64,000 nucleotides of DNA, from NCBI GenBank assembly GCA_964016885.1, contig CAXHJY010001750.1, forward strand, positions 124,001-188,000. Reading direction: 5' to 3'. Shown piece by piece: positions 62,108-64,000 of the stretch. How positions within the stretch are numbered: position 1 is the first letter of the stretch; every line of letters begins with the position of its first letter. Made by a program: the position numbers and the translations under genes. A model generated the notes under the pieces. It saw nothing but the letters and a program-made list of their open reading frames with translations, did no database searches and was not told the DNA's origin. The stretch is from Eledone cirrhosa. Its lineage: Eukaryota.

Positions 62108-62173
62108 TATTTTATTATACATATTTCAAGGGCAACCAAGGCAAATTATGGTGCACTTTCATCAGATAAAATA
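62108..62173 (-). ncRNA. Type I hammerhead-like motif, family B (left arm of palindrome)
   Basis: Same fold as the 53052 copy with a longer stem II; AUA triplet. Confidence 0.68.
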
Positions 62174-62199
62174 CAGATTTGTTTTATAAAACAAATCGG

Positions 62200-62265
62200 T
62201 ATTTTATCTGATGAAAGTGCACCATAATTTGCCTTGGTTGCCCTTGAAATATGCATAATAAAATA
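62200..62265 (+). ncRNA. Type I hammerhead-like motif, family B (right arm of palindrome)
   Basis: tattttat CTGATGA aagtgcacca...tggttgccctt GAAA tatgcat a ataaaata. Confidence 0.65.
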
Positions 62266-62515
62266 AATATGGTTTTATAAATATAGTTTCCATTTATTAA
62301 TATATTGCATATATATATATACGTTATACACACACATAAATGTATGATTATATATATGTATATATATGCACATATATATATGTATGTTTATATGTGTGTG
62401 TATATGTATATACGTTATACGTATATGTGTTTATCTATCTATCTATCTATCTATCTATTTATATCCATATCTGTCTATCGCCCTCTCTTTCTCTCTTTCT
62501 CTCTGTCTCTCTCCC

Positions 62516-62546
<31 letters not shown>

Positions 62547-62709
62547 ATACATTAACAGAGAAAGCTTTAAGCAATACTCCGACCGGCTTCCGTCTCACTC
62601 AACAAACATTAGGATATACCTTAGTATAATCCCAATTATACGTTTGGGGTGCTAACTATACGTATTTTGCGGATAGCCAGTTGTATTATTTTATATGAGA
62701 CATAATTAA

Positions 62710-62803
<94 letters not shown>

Positions 62804-64000
62804 TCTTTTATAGCATCGTTATTTATCTCTTTCTCTCTTTTTGTTTGCTTATATACATTTTTGCATCTTTTCGTTTTGTTAAAGGAAGAAACGAAAATAT
62901 AAAATTATTTTACGTTATTTTCCATTTTTATTCATATATATATTTATTGTTTCTGTCAAGCTCCCCCGGAGGCAGGACAATTTTTCTTTGTACTTGAATA
63001 TTGGAAAAAAGCCAAAAACATAAAATGATAAATAAAACGTAAAATTGAAAATAAAATATAAAATTTAGAGAAAGAACGAAACTTAAAAAAAGAATAATAC
63101 TATTTATAAAATAATTAAAAATTATATAAGAAAGATTGTGCTGATAATCTTTCAAGCAAGATAATATTGCAAGATTAGAGAAATAAAATACGGAGAGAGA
63201 TTCTTAAAGTTGAACTATTTTACAAAATGGCGGTGAAGGTTAACACTCTAGGTGTTTATTTAGCAAGTTAGCCTGGTATATATATAGGCTCGAAACGAAT
63301 TTATTGTTGGGTTAAATTTTCTGTTTGTGAAAATGCTGCCTTTCAATAACCCAGACTAAAATAGCTATGGTTTCATTGTCGAAAATAGCCTTGATGACAT
63401 CTGGGCGTATATTAAGCTCTGGTCTGAGACTTTCAACAACCTACGTTGGTTGTATCTAGCTAGTAATCACGATAGATTGATACAGCTAGGCCATTGCCAC
63501 TAGAAGCCATTGTAAGGTTGATAAAACTACCTTTCAGCTTCCACGCTTTCATCCACAAATTCCAACACATCTATACGCATACGACACGATCGCAACAAGA
63601 TACTCTCTTCCCTGTTTATAACTACTCATGTTTATGAACTCTGCATTTTACCAACGTTTTGATGAAAATACACTCTTTGCTATTTCAAATTTTACCTATT
63701 TCCTATTCTGTTATTGTTTGCCACATGATTTCCTTGCATTCAATGACATAAAAACATCTAAATTAGCAGTTTTGTTTCCTTGTGGTCTGTCTCAATGTTT
63801 TGGGGTTCTTATCGCTTTCCCCAGTGCAATCACCGCTTTCCCCAGTGCAATCACGCAGCACACGGGGACGCACACAGCCAACACCCATCACCCAACATCT
63901 CTGCTAAAGAAAGACTGCTACATATAAACTGGTAACCCCCCCCCCCCCCACACACACACACATAACAAACTTCAGAGATTTCAAATGTTCCCATATACGT

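Larger units (their letters stand above)
62066..62307. repeat. 242-bp near-perfect loopless palindrome
   Basis: Centre gtttta|taaaac at 62186/62187; about 2 mismatches seen by eye. Confidence 0.93.

Overview
AT-rich, microsatellite-laden animal genomic DNA. The repeat landscape (very long (TA)n arrays, RTE LINEs, tRNA-derived SINEs) suggests an octopus or other cephalopod; this is inference. Two host genes lie head-to-head. One is a complete 16-coding-exon TFIP11/Ntr1 gene (+, 28010-45206, 2463 nt CDS, 820 aa, all GT-AG introns with consistent phases). The other is the first coding exon of a GRB2/drk-like SH3 adaptor (-, 16802-16879), which the ORF track misses. The rest is transposon debris (RTE, CR1/L2, CRE and R4/Dong-type LINE fragments, SINEs, piggyBac/mariner/hAT MITEs, a Helitron) and satellites. 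Almost all ORF-track hits are microsatellite artefacts. The main unexpected signal is a set of at least 8 hammerhead-ribozyme-like motifs (CUGANGA-stem II-GAAA-tiny palindromic stem III-UH) from at least 4 unrelated short repeat families. These resemble Penelope pLTR/retrozyme remnants and include a 242-bp near-perfect palindrome carrying one hammerhead on each strand. All folds and translations were done by eye; repeat boundaries are approximate.
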